Source: Candidatus Woesearchaeota archaeon
Lineage (GTDB): Archaea; Nanobdellota; Nanobdellia; Woesearchaeales; UBA10216
Assembly (NCBI GenBank): GCA_016180085.1
Contig: JACPBX010000036.1
Location: 1-12,859 of the forward strand
Reading direction: 5' to 3'
DNA: 12,859 nucleotides
In this document: piece by piece, positions 5,503-12,859 of the stretch
Layout of the letters: each line of letters starts with the position of its first letter
How positions within the stretch are numbered: the first letter of the stretch is position 1
Program-made: the position numbers and the translations under genes
Notes under the pieces: model-generated
Database searches by the model: none
Told to the model about the DNA's origin: nothing
The model's input: the letters and a program-made list of their open reading frames with translations, nothing else

Positions 5503-7209
5503 TTATCTGAGCGAAGCCAGCTTCAAGTCGGCTTCAACCTCAAGGATTTCGTACTCCATCTCTTTTTTCTCGTTCATCGTCATGTAGACTGTGTTGAAGA
5601 CAGACTGAGCCTGCTCAAGCGCCTTTTGGGCTTCGTCAACGTTGTTTTGCCGTATGTGCTGCTTTGCCTCTTCCAGTAGCGCCTGCAGCCTTTCTTTTCC
5701 GTATTCCCCTCCAAGCCTCAGGTCCGGCATCCCTTTCAGTTCCTGGGCAAAGTCCGGCAAGCGTTCAGGCTGCTCTGCCAGTAATGTCTCTTGCCTTTGC
5801 ACCGTGAGCCTGTGCTTCCTCATGAATATCCCAAACTTCTTCCTTTCAATTTCTCCTTTCTGCTTTATCAGCTCGTATCTTTTTCTGGTGATGTCAAGCT
5901 TGTTGGCGTTTAGCTCTGCTTCCTCGCTGCTTAGCTCCTTTTCATGTCTGTCCAGCTCCTCCTCTTTCCTGTCAAGCTCTGCCTCTTCGGGCGTTTTTCT
6001 TTCCCTTGCCTTTTTTATTCCCCTTGCGGATTCCCCTGCAACTTTTTCCTCGGAGGCCGGCAGCTCTTGCATTTCCTCTCCCATTCCTTCCTCAGCTTCT
6101 TCTTTCGTTTCTTTTTCTTTCCCTTTCCCGCTGCCCTCTGCCCATTGTGCATAGTGGGGCTCAAGCTCAGCAGCTTCTGCGTCTGATTTTTGATCCCTGT
6201 CAGCCTTGCCTGGCCTGAATTCGCCCATTCCTGTCCTTGGCGTTTCTGGCATCCCGAACTCTTCGCCAAGCTCCCCAAGATCTTCCAGGCTTGGCAGTTC
6301 AGGCACTGTGCCTTCTTTTTGCACTATCTCCTCTTCCCGATTGCCTTGCATGCCGGCTTGGGCCTCTGGATGTTCTTCTGCAAATAGCTCAGGAATACTC
6401 CCCTCCTTGTATGGAGTTTCAGGAATCTTGGGGAACTCAGGAAGTTCAGGCACCGCCTGCACCGCCTCTTCAGGGCCTTTTTTCTTGAATGGCCAGAACC
6501 ACCTTCCTGGTTTTGCAGTGCGCTTGGCTTCTGTAGTTTCTGCTTCTTCAGTTTTTTCAGTTATTGGGGGGATTTCAGGCAGCTTTAGTTCCAGTTCATC
6601 GCCAAGCCTTTCTTTTTCAATTTGCGTTTCCTGCGCTTCTTTTGGCATCTCAATCCCATCCTTCGCCGGTTTTATCTCTGCAGCAGCCCTCGCCCTCACA
6701 AGTTTCCTGGCTGGTTTTGTTGCTTTCATTGTCTTTGCAGCCGCCATTGCTGCCGTTTCCGCTTTTCTCCTTGCGGTCTTGAGGTTCAGAATTTCTTTTT
6801 CTACATACCTTGCGGCTTGCAGCCTGCCTTTTGCGCTTCTAAGCTGGCCAGCGAGCTTGTCATCGTTCACTATTTCCTTTACCCACTCGGCAATGTCATT
6901 CCGCTCCTCGTTCACGTGCTCCTTGTAGTCAGCCGCCTTCATTTTCTTCAGCGCTGTGGCAAGTTCTTTCAGGCTCTTTACAGTTGCGCCGTTATTAAGC
7001 CAAAGGGCCAGCTCCGGCTCAACCTCTTCCTTCGCATTTAAGGCTGCCTCAGCGCCCTCCCCAGCTGCCTGCTCTGATTCAATCTCTCTCGCAGCTGCGA
7101 CATCTATTTTTTTTAAGAATTCCGGCTCTTCCTGTGCAGCTGCAGCAGCTAAGGTGCTAATTGTATCTTCTCTTTTTTTGCCTAGCTTCAAAAAGCCGAA
7201 TAAGCCCAT
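5503..7209 (-). CDS. Large acidic hypothetical protein with a DUF5752-like domain, a disordered E/P-rich linker, a coiled coil and a C-terminal helical module
   Basis: LWLNNGATVKSLKELATALKKM---YKEHVNEERNDIAEWVKEIVNDDKLA resembles the DUF5752 pattern as recalled from Woesearchaeota proteins (not searched). ATG 7209 (MGLFGFLK) is preceded by GAGGGGG. Confidence 0.7.
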   Translation of the reverse strand: MGLFGFLKLGKKREDTISTLAAAAAQEEPEFLKKIDVAAAREIESEQAAGEGAEAALNAKEEVEPELALWLNNGATVKSLKELATALKKMKAADYKEHVNEERNDIAEWVKEIVNDDKLAGQLRSAKGRLQAARYVEKEILNLKTARRKAETAAMAAAKTMKATKPARKLVRARAAAEIKPAKDGIEMPKEAQETQIEKERLGDELELKLPEIPPITEKTEEAETTEAKRTAKPGRWFWPFKKKGPEEAVQAVPELPEFPKIPETPYKEGSIPELFAEEHPEAQAGMQGNREEEIVQKEGTVPELPSLEDLGELGEEFGMPETPRTGMGEFRPGKADRDQKSDAEAAELEPHYAQWAEGSGKGKEKETKEEAEEGMGEEMQELPASEEKVAGESARGIKKARERKTPEEAELDRKEEELDRHEKELSSEEAELNANKLDITRKRYELIKQKGEIERKKFGIFMRKHRLTVQRQETLLAEQPERLPDFAQELKGMPDLRLGGEYGKERLQALLEEAKQHIRQNNVDEAQKALEQAQSVFNTVYMTMNEKKEMEYEILEVEADLKLASLR

Positions 7210-7325
7210 TACTTCCCCCTCTTTTACTGCTCCCGGCACTAAAAACCGTTATTGCTGCTATTTAATACTTTTGATTTTTAAAATTGCAAATCTTTTTAAA
7301 GCTCCTGCTGTTCCACCCTCTTGGC

Positions 7326-7493
7326 ATGGCGGATGTTTGCAGTTCCTGCAAGAACCAGGTAACCAATATGAAAGGAATGGTCAGGTTTAGCTGCCCTGGC
7401 TGCGGCAAGGTTGAGTTTGTCAGGTGCCAGCGCTGCAGGGCTAACGCTGTCCAGTACAAATGCCAGGAGTGCGGTTTCTCAGGCCCGAACTAG
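7326..7493 (+). CDS. Small double Zn-ribbon protein (COG2888/DUF1610, HVO_2753-like)
   Basis: MADVCSSC...FSCPGCG...RCQRCR...YKCQECGFSGPN has four CxxC motifs and the conserved CGF-GP end. It sits directly upstream of EF-1beta, a well-known archaeal gene pair. Confidence 0.9.
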   Translation: MADVCSSCKNQVTNMKGMVRFSCPGCGKVEFVRCQRCRANAVQYKCQECGFSGPN

Positions 7494-7505
7494 GTCAAGC
7501 GAAAA

Positions 7506-7781
7506 ATGGCAACAGTAATAGTCACAATGAAGATAATGCCTTCCTCGCCTGACGAGGACTTGGAATCAATAAAGTCGGCTGCTGCAGGGCTGATAACAGA
7601 GTTTGGCGGCGCTGTCGGAAAGGTTGACGTTGTACCCATTGCCTTCGGCCTCAAAGCCCTGGTTTTCATGTTCGCAATGGACGAGAACAAAGGCGGCACT
7701 GAGGATGTTGAAAAGAAGATAAGCGCCCTTGCTGGTGTAAACAGCGTCCAGGTCACCGATGTCAGGAGGGCGGTTGGCTGA
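7506..7781 (+). CDS. ef1b: Archaeal elongation factor 1-beta
   Basis: 91 aa; KIMPSSPDEDLE, PIAFGLKAL and a GGTEDVEKKI...GVNSVQV C-terminus match aEF-1beta. Confidence 0.95.
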   Translation: MATVIVTMKIMPSSPDEDLESIKSAAAGLITEFGGAVGKVDVVPIAFGLKALVFMFAMDENKGGTEDVEKKISALAGVNSVQVTDVRRAVG

Positions 7782-7815
7782 TTCTCAGGCTTAGCTTCTG
7801 TCGCTGGCTTGCCGG

Positions 7816-8412
7816 TCACTGGCTCGCGATTATATGCTTCAGCCTTTCAAACTCTGACTCTGTAATCGTGCCGTTCAGGTATTTTTCTGTCAGGTAGTGG
7901 GCTTCGGTCATTGCTGCCTGCTGCGCAAGGGCTTTGTGTATGTGCATTATTCTTGAATAGTATTGTGCCTTTTCATCCTCTTCCATCTGCGCATATATCT
8001 GCTTTATGCTGCTGTAAAGGGCATAAGCTTCGGGGTGGTTGCCTTCCTTAATGGCGTTTTCCGCTTTTTCAACTGTGCCTTTTATGCCTGGAGTTTTGCT
8101 TTCCTTCATGCCCGCCAAAGCGCCTTGCCCAATCCTTGCAACAACCACCAGCATGGCTATTGACAGCAGCCCAAGCAGGGCAGAGCCGGCAGCCTTTTGC
8201 AGGCCATCCAGCTGCGCCGGGCTTATGCCCTCGTCTGCAGCTTTTCCGGCTACTGCTGCAAAGTCGCCTTTGGTAACGCTTTCTTTTGCAACGGTGAATC
8301 CCGTTATTGTATTCGCTACAAGGAAAGTTCCGGCCAACGACAGGACAATTGCTGTAACTATGATTATTCTCCCGGTAGCAGATGCCCTTTTTTCCCTCTC
8401 CTCTTTTGTCAT
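7816..8412 (-). CDS. Hypothetical membrane protein: two TM segments, a helical module and a SHOCT-like tail
   Basis: ATG 8412 with a GAGGT SD. The 81-codon upstream extension in the track overlaps trm1 and is unlikely to be real. TM1 IIIVTAIVLSLAGTFLVA is followed by ITGFTV; TM2 is ALLGLLSIAMLVVVA; the tail YLNGTITESEFERLK is SHOCT-like. Confidence 0.7.
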   Translation of the reverse strand: MTKEEREKRASATGRIIIVTAIVLSLAGTFLVANTITGFTVAKESVTKGDFAAVAGKAADEGISPAQLDGLQKAAGSALLGLLSIAMLVVVARIGQGALAGMKESKTPGIKGTVEKAENAIKEGNHPEAYALYSSIKQIYAQMEEDEKAQYYSRIMHIHKALAQQAAMTEAHYLTEKYLNGTITESEFERLKHIIASQ

Positions 8413-8450
8413 GCCTGAAATTACCTCTGCTTTTTCTATGCTTTTTTCTA

Positions 8451-9626
8451 TTATAAACTTTTCGCAGCAGCCACAACTTCCTTTACCGGGGCGTTCGTCT
8501 TCACTCCTGTTGTCGAGCAGTGGGTTGGCGAAGCAGCGTAGCCCTTCTGCCGCAGCTTCCTTATTACCTCGGCTGTTCTCGGCTGCTGCCCGATTTTGTG
8601 CCTCCCGCATATGTCCTCTATTGCGTAAAACCCAACGCCGCATTTTCCTTCCCACTTCGCTTCCTCAGCAGTCACCTTAAGGAAAGCTTTCGTTTTCTCG
8701 TCAACGTAATTGTTTTTCACAGCCTCAATTGCCATTTTCTTGGCTAAGTTCGCATCAAACAGCCTTCCCACCCACAACGGTCCTGCTTTTTCCATTTGTT
8801 TCCCGCAGCTTCCGCACATCAATTTACCATTCTCAGAAATTTTCTTGTTGCAGCAACCGCTGCAGTAGTGCAGCTCTTCGTGCTGTGATATTACGTCGCT
8901 GCATCTTGCGGTGCTTGCCTTGCACACCAGAAAAGTCCTCACATAGTGCTCTTTGTAGTAGCTGAACACTGGAATCAGCGCTTTTTCATGGACAAGCCCA
9001 AACAGCTGCGCAAGCCTCACCATTATCCTCAACCCTGTTTCGTGCATGAAGCCGTTCCTGAGCGGGACAGAAAGGTATTTTCTCCTGCAGGCAGTTGGCG
9101 AACTTCCCGCCAGGGCGCTTGTGTCTGTTGCTGTTACTGCCAGCACCCCATTATGCCTTAACCTTCTCACAGCCGTGTCCAGAAAGGCTCCAGGGTAGCC
9201 AAAGGGGTCTATATCTATGTAGCTGAACATTCCGTTGTTGAGCAGAAACTTGTTTGCTTCATTCTGCCCAACAGCAACCTTTTTCCCTGTTTTAATCTTG
9301 TTCAGCCGCAGATTTTTTTTAATCAGCGCAACAGCCGCAGCGGAGTAATCGTTCATCCTCAAAACTTCAATACTTCCTCTGCCTAGCTCCAGCAACGTCC
9401 TTACGCCTCTTACCCCTGTAGCAGCCATCGGGTCTGCAATCCTCCATTTTTCAACGCCATACGCTTTGGCAGCCGCTGCCAGGAGAAGCACGGTTATATC
9501 GCGATTTGACTTCATGACCGGATTGTAAAATACCGGCATGGCGCTGGATATCTTGCCGCCAGCAGCCTTTGGGACAGCTATCCTGGCTTTTCCTTCGACA
9601 ACAATATCCTGATTCATGCCCTTCAT
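8451..9626 (-). CDS. trm1: tRNA (guanine-26 N2)-dimethyltransferase
   Basis: VFYNPVMKSNRD, DPMAATGVRGVR, DIDPFG, TATD, HETGLR, Zn-finger CSGC...CGSC and GPLW motifs. The start may be ATG 9617. Confidence 0.93.
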   Translation of the reverse strand: MKGMNQDIVVEGKARIAVPKAAGGKISSAMPVFYNPVMKSNRDITVLLLAAAAKAYGVEKWRIADPMAATGVRGVRTLLELGRGSIEVLRMNDYSAAAVALIKKNLRLNKIKTGKKVAVGQNEANKFLLNNGMFSYIDIDPFGYPGAFLDTAVRRLRHNGVLAVTATDTSALAGSSPTACRRKYLSVPLRNGFMHETGLRIMVRLAQLFGLVHEKALIPVFSYYKEHYVRTFLVCKASTARCSDVISQHEELHYCSGCCNKKISENGKLMCGSCGKQMEKAGPLWVGRLFDANLAKKMAIEAVKNNYVDEKTKAFLKVTAEEAKWEGKCGVGFYAIEDICGRHKIGQQPRTAEVIRKLRQKGYAASPTHCSTTGVKTNAPVKEVVAAAKSL

Positions 9627-9686
9627 GCCATCTGGAATAAATCATGAACAGCTTAATAAACTATGCACTCATTCAGATGCAAAAGA

Positions 9687-10088
9687 ATGAAACTGATAAA
9701 AAAATCCGCACTGGCTGTCATAAAGGACAACAGGCTCCTGCTTGTGAGGGCGAAAGGCAGCAGCTACTTCCTGATGCCCGGAGGCAAGCCCAAGGAAGGC
9801 GAGTCAGCTGTTGAGGCGCTGAATCGCGAAATAATGGAAGAGCTCAGCTGCACCATTGACAGCTCATCGATTGCTTACCTCGGCAACTTCGAGGACCTCA
9901 CAGCAGATGGCAAGGCAAGGGTTTCGATTGACCTTTACACCGGCGCATTGGCCGGGGAGCCGAAGCCGTCTTCAGAGATAGAAGAGCTCAAGTGGATGTC
10001 TGCAAAGGACGCAGTAAACCCCTTCCTGACTCCTGTAGTAAAAAGGCAGATAATGCCGTTCCTTGTCGGGAGGAAGATGCTAAGCTGA
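9687..10088 (+). CDS. NUDIX hydrolase
   Basis: Nudix box GGKPKEGESAVEALNREIMEELSC fits GX5EX7REUXEE. Start placed at MKLIKKS. Confidence 0.9.
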   Translation: MKLIKKSALAVIKDNRLLLVRAKGSSYFLMPGGKPKEGESAVEALNREIMEELSCTIDSSSIAYLGNFEDLTADGKARVSIDLYTGALAGEPKPSSEIEELKWMSAKDAVNPFLTPVVKRQIMPFLVGRKMLS

Positions 10089-10099
10089 CATAGCAACTG

Positions 10100-12076
10100 A
10101 TGGGAATCTTTAAAAACACTCGTCCTGTCCTTCTTTACGATGATGCCAAAATGCCCCCTTCAGCACCAGCCGCAAGTAACGAGAAGCACAATTCCGCATC
10201 AGGCGGAATGGGCAATCGGACATCGTCCGATTTGCATCTCCGCTCTGTCATCTGCACAGTCCTTGGCCACGTTGACCACGGCAAGAGCAGCATCCTTGAC
10301 AGGATTAGGGGCACTTCTATCGTTAAGTCAGAGCCTGGCCAGATTACCCAGGCCATTGGTGCTTCAATAGTCCCTGTTTCTGTTATTAAGAAGCTGTGCG
10401 CCCCTCTCCTGCAGCAGCTGAAGCTTAACCTTACCATACCCGGCCTTCTTTTGATTGACACGCCAGGCCATGCCGCTTTTGTCTCCCTCAGGAAAAGGGG
10501 CGGTGTCCTGGCTGACATTGCCATCCTGGTTATTGACCTGAATGAGGGCTTCATGCCGCAGACTCTGGAAGCGCTAGACATTCTCAAGAACTACAAGACG
10601 CCTTTCATTGTTGCAGCAAACAAAGTAGACCTGGTTCCGGGATGGAGGGCTGATTTGCCAGGTGGCAGCGGAAATGGCGGCAGTAGTGGCAGTAGCAGCA
10701 GCAACGGCGAAGAATTACTTATGACAAAAATATCAAAACAGCAGCAGCCTGTCCAGGATGAAATTGACAAAAGGCTTTACAACCTTGTTGCGAAATTCGC
10801 CGAATTGGGCTTTGACTCTGACAGGTTTGACAGGGTTTCGGATTACTCAAAGCAGCTTGCGATTATCCCCTGCTCGGCCAAGACCGGGGTTGGCATTCCT
10901 GAGCTTCTTGTTGTTGTTTCTGGTTTGGCGCAGCGCTTCCTTGAGACAGAATTAAGCTTTACCCCTGACTCTGCAGCTAAAGGGACTGTTCTGGAAGTGA
11001 AACAGGAGAAGGGGCTGGGCGCAACTGTTGACGTGATAATTTATGACGGCTCGCTTCAGAGGAACGATACGGTCGTTATCGGCGGTGTGACTGCCCCGAT
11101 AGTCGCCAAGGTTAAAACTCTGCTCGAGCCCCAGCCCCTGGCCGAGATGAGGGACAGGAAGGCGAAATTCGTTGCTGTTGACAAAGTCACGGCAGCGACA
11201 GGCGTTAAGATTGTTGGAAGTGGTGTTGAGGAAGCTATTGCAGGGATGCCTGTTGTTTCTGTTTCGGGCAGCCTTGGCATTGAGGAGGCAAAAAGGCTTG
11301 TGCAGAAGGAGATTGAGGAGTTCAGCCTTTCTGTTGACGAGTCAGGCATTGTAATAAAGGCAGACACTCTCGGCTCCCTGGAAGCGCTGATGAAGCTTCT
11401 GCACGAAAAAAACATAACAGTCAAGGCAGCTTCCATAGGCAATATTACAAGGAAAGACATTGCCGATGCAGAATCAAACATTGAAGGCAATCCCCTGGCC
11501 GCAGCCATACTTGGTTTCAATGTAAGCCTAGGCCAAGATGCAGAAGGGTCTGTTCCTCCATCTGTTAAGATAATCACAGGCAACATAATATATTCGATTA
11601 TGGACGAGTTTTTGGGTTGGCAGGGGCAGGAAAAGCAAAAGCTGGAGTCAAAATCGCTTGAAAAGCTCACCAGGCCGTGCAAAATCCAGCTCCTGAGGGG
11701 CTACGTCTTCAGGCAGAGCAACCCTGCAATTGTCGGGGTTGAAATTCTTGCAGGCAGCTTGAGGACGGGAATGCGGCTTATGAAAGCCACAGCTTCTGCG
11801 GATGAGAGTGGAAAGCCGATAACCACCGTGAAGGAAATCCAGCTGGAGAGTGAGAACATCACAACAGCAGAAAAAGGGAAGCAGGTTGCTGTTTCGCTTG
11901 AGAAAGTGATTGTAGGCAGGCAGGTTAATGAGGGGGATACCCTCTTAAGCTTTGTTCCCGAAGACGATTTCAGGAGGCTGAAAGAGTTCAAGCAGTACCT
12001 CTCTGCCGACGAAATCGAAGTGCTGAGAGAGGTTTCTGAGCTCATGAGGAAGGATAACCCGGTATGGGGAATTTGA
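10100..12076 (+). CDS. infB: Translation initiation factor aIF5B (archaeal IF-2)
   Basis: G1 GHVDHGKS, G3 DTPGH, G4 NKVD, plus ITQAIGA, SAKTGVG, KADTLGSLEAL and FRQSNPAIVG. No intein. The true start may be ATG 10151 (TATA-like CTTTAAAA at 10108-10115). Confidence 0.96.
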   Translation: MGIFKNTRPVLLYDDAKMPPSAPAASNEKHNSASGGMGNRTSSDLHLRSVICTVLGHVDHGKSSILDRIRGTSIVKSEPGQITQAIGASIVPVSVIKKLCAPLLQQLKLNLTIPGLLLIDTPGHAAFVSLRKRGGVLADIAILVIDLNEGFMPQTLEALDILKNYKTPFIVAANKVDLVPGWRADLPGGSGNGGSSGSSSSNGEELLMTKISKQQQPVQDEIDKRLYNLVAKFAELGFDSDRFDRVSDYSKQLAIIPCSAKTGVGIPELLVVVSGLAQRFLETELSFTPDSAAKGTVLEVKQEKGLGATVDVIIYDGSLQRNDTVVIGGVTAPIVAKVKTLLEPQPLAEMRDRKAKFVAVDKVTAATGVKIVGSGVEEAIAGMPVVSVSGSLGIEEAKRLVQKEIEEFSLSVDESGIVIKADTLGSLEALMKLLHEKNITVKAASIGNITRKDIADAESNIEGNPLAAAILGFNVSLGQDAEGSVPPSVKIITGNIIYSIMDEFLGWQGQEKQKLESKSLEKLTRPCKIQLLRGYVFRQSNPAIVGVEILAGSLRTGMRLMKATASADESGKPITTVKEIQLESENITTAEKGKQVAVSLEKVIVGRQVNEGDTLLSFVPEDDFRRLKEFKQYLSADEIEVLREVSELMRKDNPVWGI

Positions 12077-12129
12077 TTTTTTTAAGAAGCAGAAATTCTT
12101 TCGATCTTTACACTAATTCTTTTATTTTT

Positions 12130-12208
12130 AGTGCGCGGGGGGGGGCAAGAACCCTGTGGGTTGAACCCTGCAAGGTGAAACGCGTAGTAGTTTACTCACA
12201 GCGTCACT
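12130..12208. other. GC-rich foldback element between convergent genes
   Basis: AGTGCGC (12130-12136) pairs with GCGTCACT (12201-12208) with one bulge; CTGTGGGT pairs with ACTCACAG. It contains a 9-G run and follows a T-rich tract after the infB stop. Confidence 0.35.
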
Positions 12209-12608
12209 CTATTGACACGCAAAACTGCCGCGCTCCAAGCGGCATTATTTCGGCTTTCTTCTTATGAACGCCGTGTGCGAATTCCTTTGGTATTCTCATT
12301 GTCCAGTTGTCCCCGTCATAGCTTATGGCACGTTCCATCTTAAAGTCGTTCCTCAATACCCTGCTTACTATCATCGCCCTGTCCAGCTTTTTTGCCTCTT
12401 CCAAGCCGAGGTACCGCTTCCCGCATTTCTCGCATTCAAACCCGTTTGCTCTTACAGATACATCATTTCCAACCACAACTTCTATCTGGCTCTTCTTTGC
12501 TTTCGAACCGCACCGGGTGCACGTCAGGGTTTTTGGCTGGAAAGCGCCTTCTTCTATCTGGAACTGCGCATCCTCCAATCCATCAAAGTCAATTTCTTCC
12601 TTTTCCAT
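12204..12608 (-). CDS. Putative antitoxin: YgiT/MqsA-type Zn finger plus a C-terminal AbrB/SpoVT-like segment
   Basis: CTRCG...CEKCGKRY Zn ribbon followed by LEEAKKL; C-terminal ISYDGDNWTMRIPKEF resembles the AbrB/MazE beta pattern. ATG 12608 has an AAGGTGG SD (the track's 12617 start is a GTG within that SD). Confidence 0.6.
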   Translation of the reverse strand: MEKEEIDFDGLEDAQFQIEEGAFQPKTLTCTRCGSKAKKSQIEVVVGNDVSVRANGFECEKCGKRYLGLEEAKKLDRAMIVSRVLRNDFKMERAISYDGDNWTMRIPKEFAHGVHKKKAEIMPLGARQFCVSIE

Positions 12609-12624
12609 TCTGGCCACCTTTGCT

Positions 12625-12859
12625 TCATTTTGCCTTCTTGTAAGATTTTACCTGTTTCTTGCTTGAAGGGTATGCTGTTGTTACTTCAGCTTCCTTCGTC
12701 TTTTCGTCATAGCTGAAGTAAATTGTTATGTGCCTGTTGCTGCTTAGACCGATTGCCACGTACTGGCCGCCGCCCACCTTCTTGAATTTTGGGCTGCCCT
12801 CTTTCAGCGCATCGTGAACTTCTTCCTGCAGCACGTTGTGCTTCTCGAAAATCTTAATG
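12625..12859 (-). CDS. Putative BrnT/DUF4258-like RNase toxin; 5' end outside the window
   Basis: The frame stays open to the window edge: ...IKIFEKHNVLQEEVHDAL...YVAIGLSSNRHITIYF...EVTTAYPSSKKQVKSYKK. This matches the BrnT-like pattern KH-V--EEV ... Y-AIG ... I-TA ... Y-K. Directly upstream of the Zn-finger gene. Confidence 0.65.
   Translation of the reverse strand, partial: IKIFEKHNVLQEEVHDALKEGSPKFKKVGGGQYVAIGLSSNRHITIYFSYDEKTKEAEVTTAYPSSKKQVKSYKKAK

Noticed and set aside
5642-7390. Several long plus-strand ORFs (e.g. 5642-6154, 6206-6928, 6956-7390)
   Set aside because: Antisense shadows of the E/K/A-rich minus-strand gene; their S/F/L-rich composition is the expected mirror.
8039-8965. 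Overlapping ORFs 8039-8680, 8069-8476, 8520-8747 and the 81-aa N-terminal extension of 7816-8655
   Set aside because: They overlap trm1 or the membrane-protein gene, have no recognisable motifs, and a good SD supports ATG 8412.
10135-12045. Minus-strand ORFs inside infB
   Set aside because: Antisense shadows of a highly conserved gene.
12150-12201. Hammerhead ribozyme (stem-TGA-stem-GAAAC...GTT-stem layout)
   Set aside because: The essential CUGANGA core is absent; only UGA is present.
1-12859. CRISPR array, rRNA or intact tRNA genes
   Set aside because: No regularly spaced direct repeats and no rRNA or tRNA signatures found by inspection.

Overview
Window from an archaeal genome, most likely a DPANN/Woesearchaeota-like organism. 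This is inferred from aEF-1beta next to a COG2888-like Zn-ribbon gene, aIF5B, Trm1, RtcA, TATA-like boxes and a DUF5752-like protein. Gene order: 3' end of a VOC/glyoxalase gene (+), exported M23-like lipoprotein (-), corA (-), class I SAM methyltransferase (+), an AT-rich insertion, rtcA (+), acidic DUF5752-like protein (-), Zn-ribbon protein (+), EF-1beta (+), membrane protein (-), trm1 (-), NUDIX hydrolase (+), aIF5B/infB (+), and a convergent toxin-antitoxin-like pair (-) truncated by the window end. The standout is 2804-4386. A decayed 11-codon copy of the rtcA N-terminus (MLKIDGG*LEG*) is followed by about 250 nt of extensively base-paired non-coding sequence. Next comes an AT-rich HTH-LAGLIDADG-LAGLIDADG-wHTH endonuclease-like gene whose stop overlaps (ATGA) the start of an intact rtcA with a differently encoded N-terminus (MIKLDGSYGEGGG). 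This suggests a free-standing homing element that invaded the rtcA 5' end and supplied a replacement start, with an associated structured RNA of unknown class. All calls come from manual reading of the sequence; no searches or folding programs were run.
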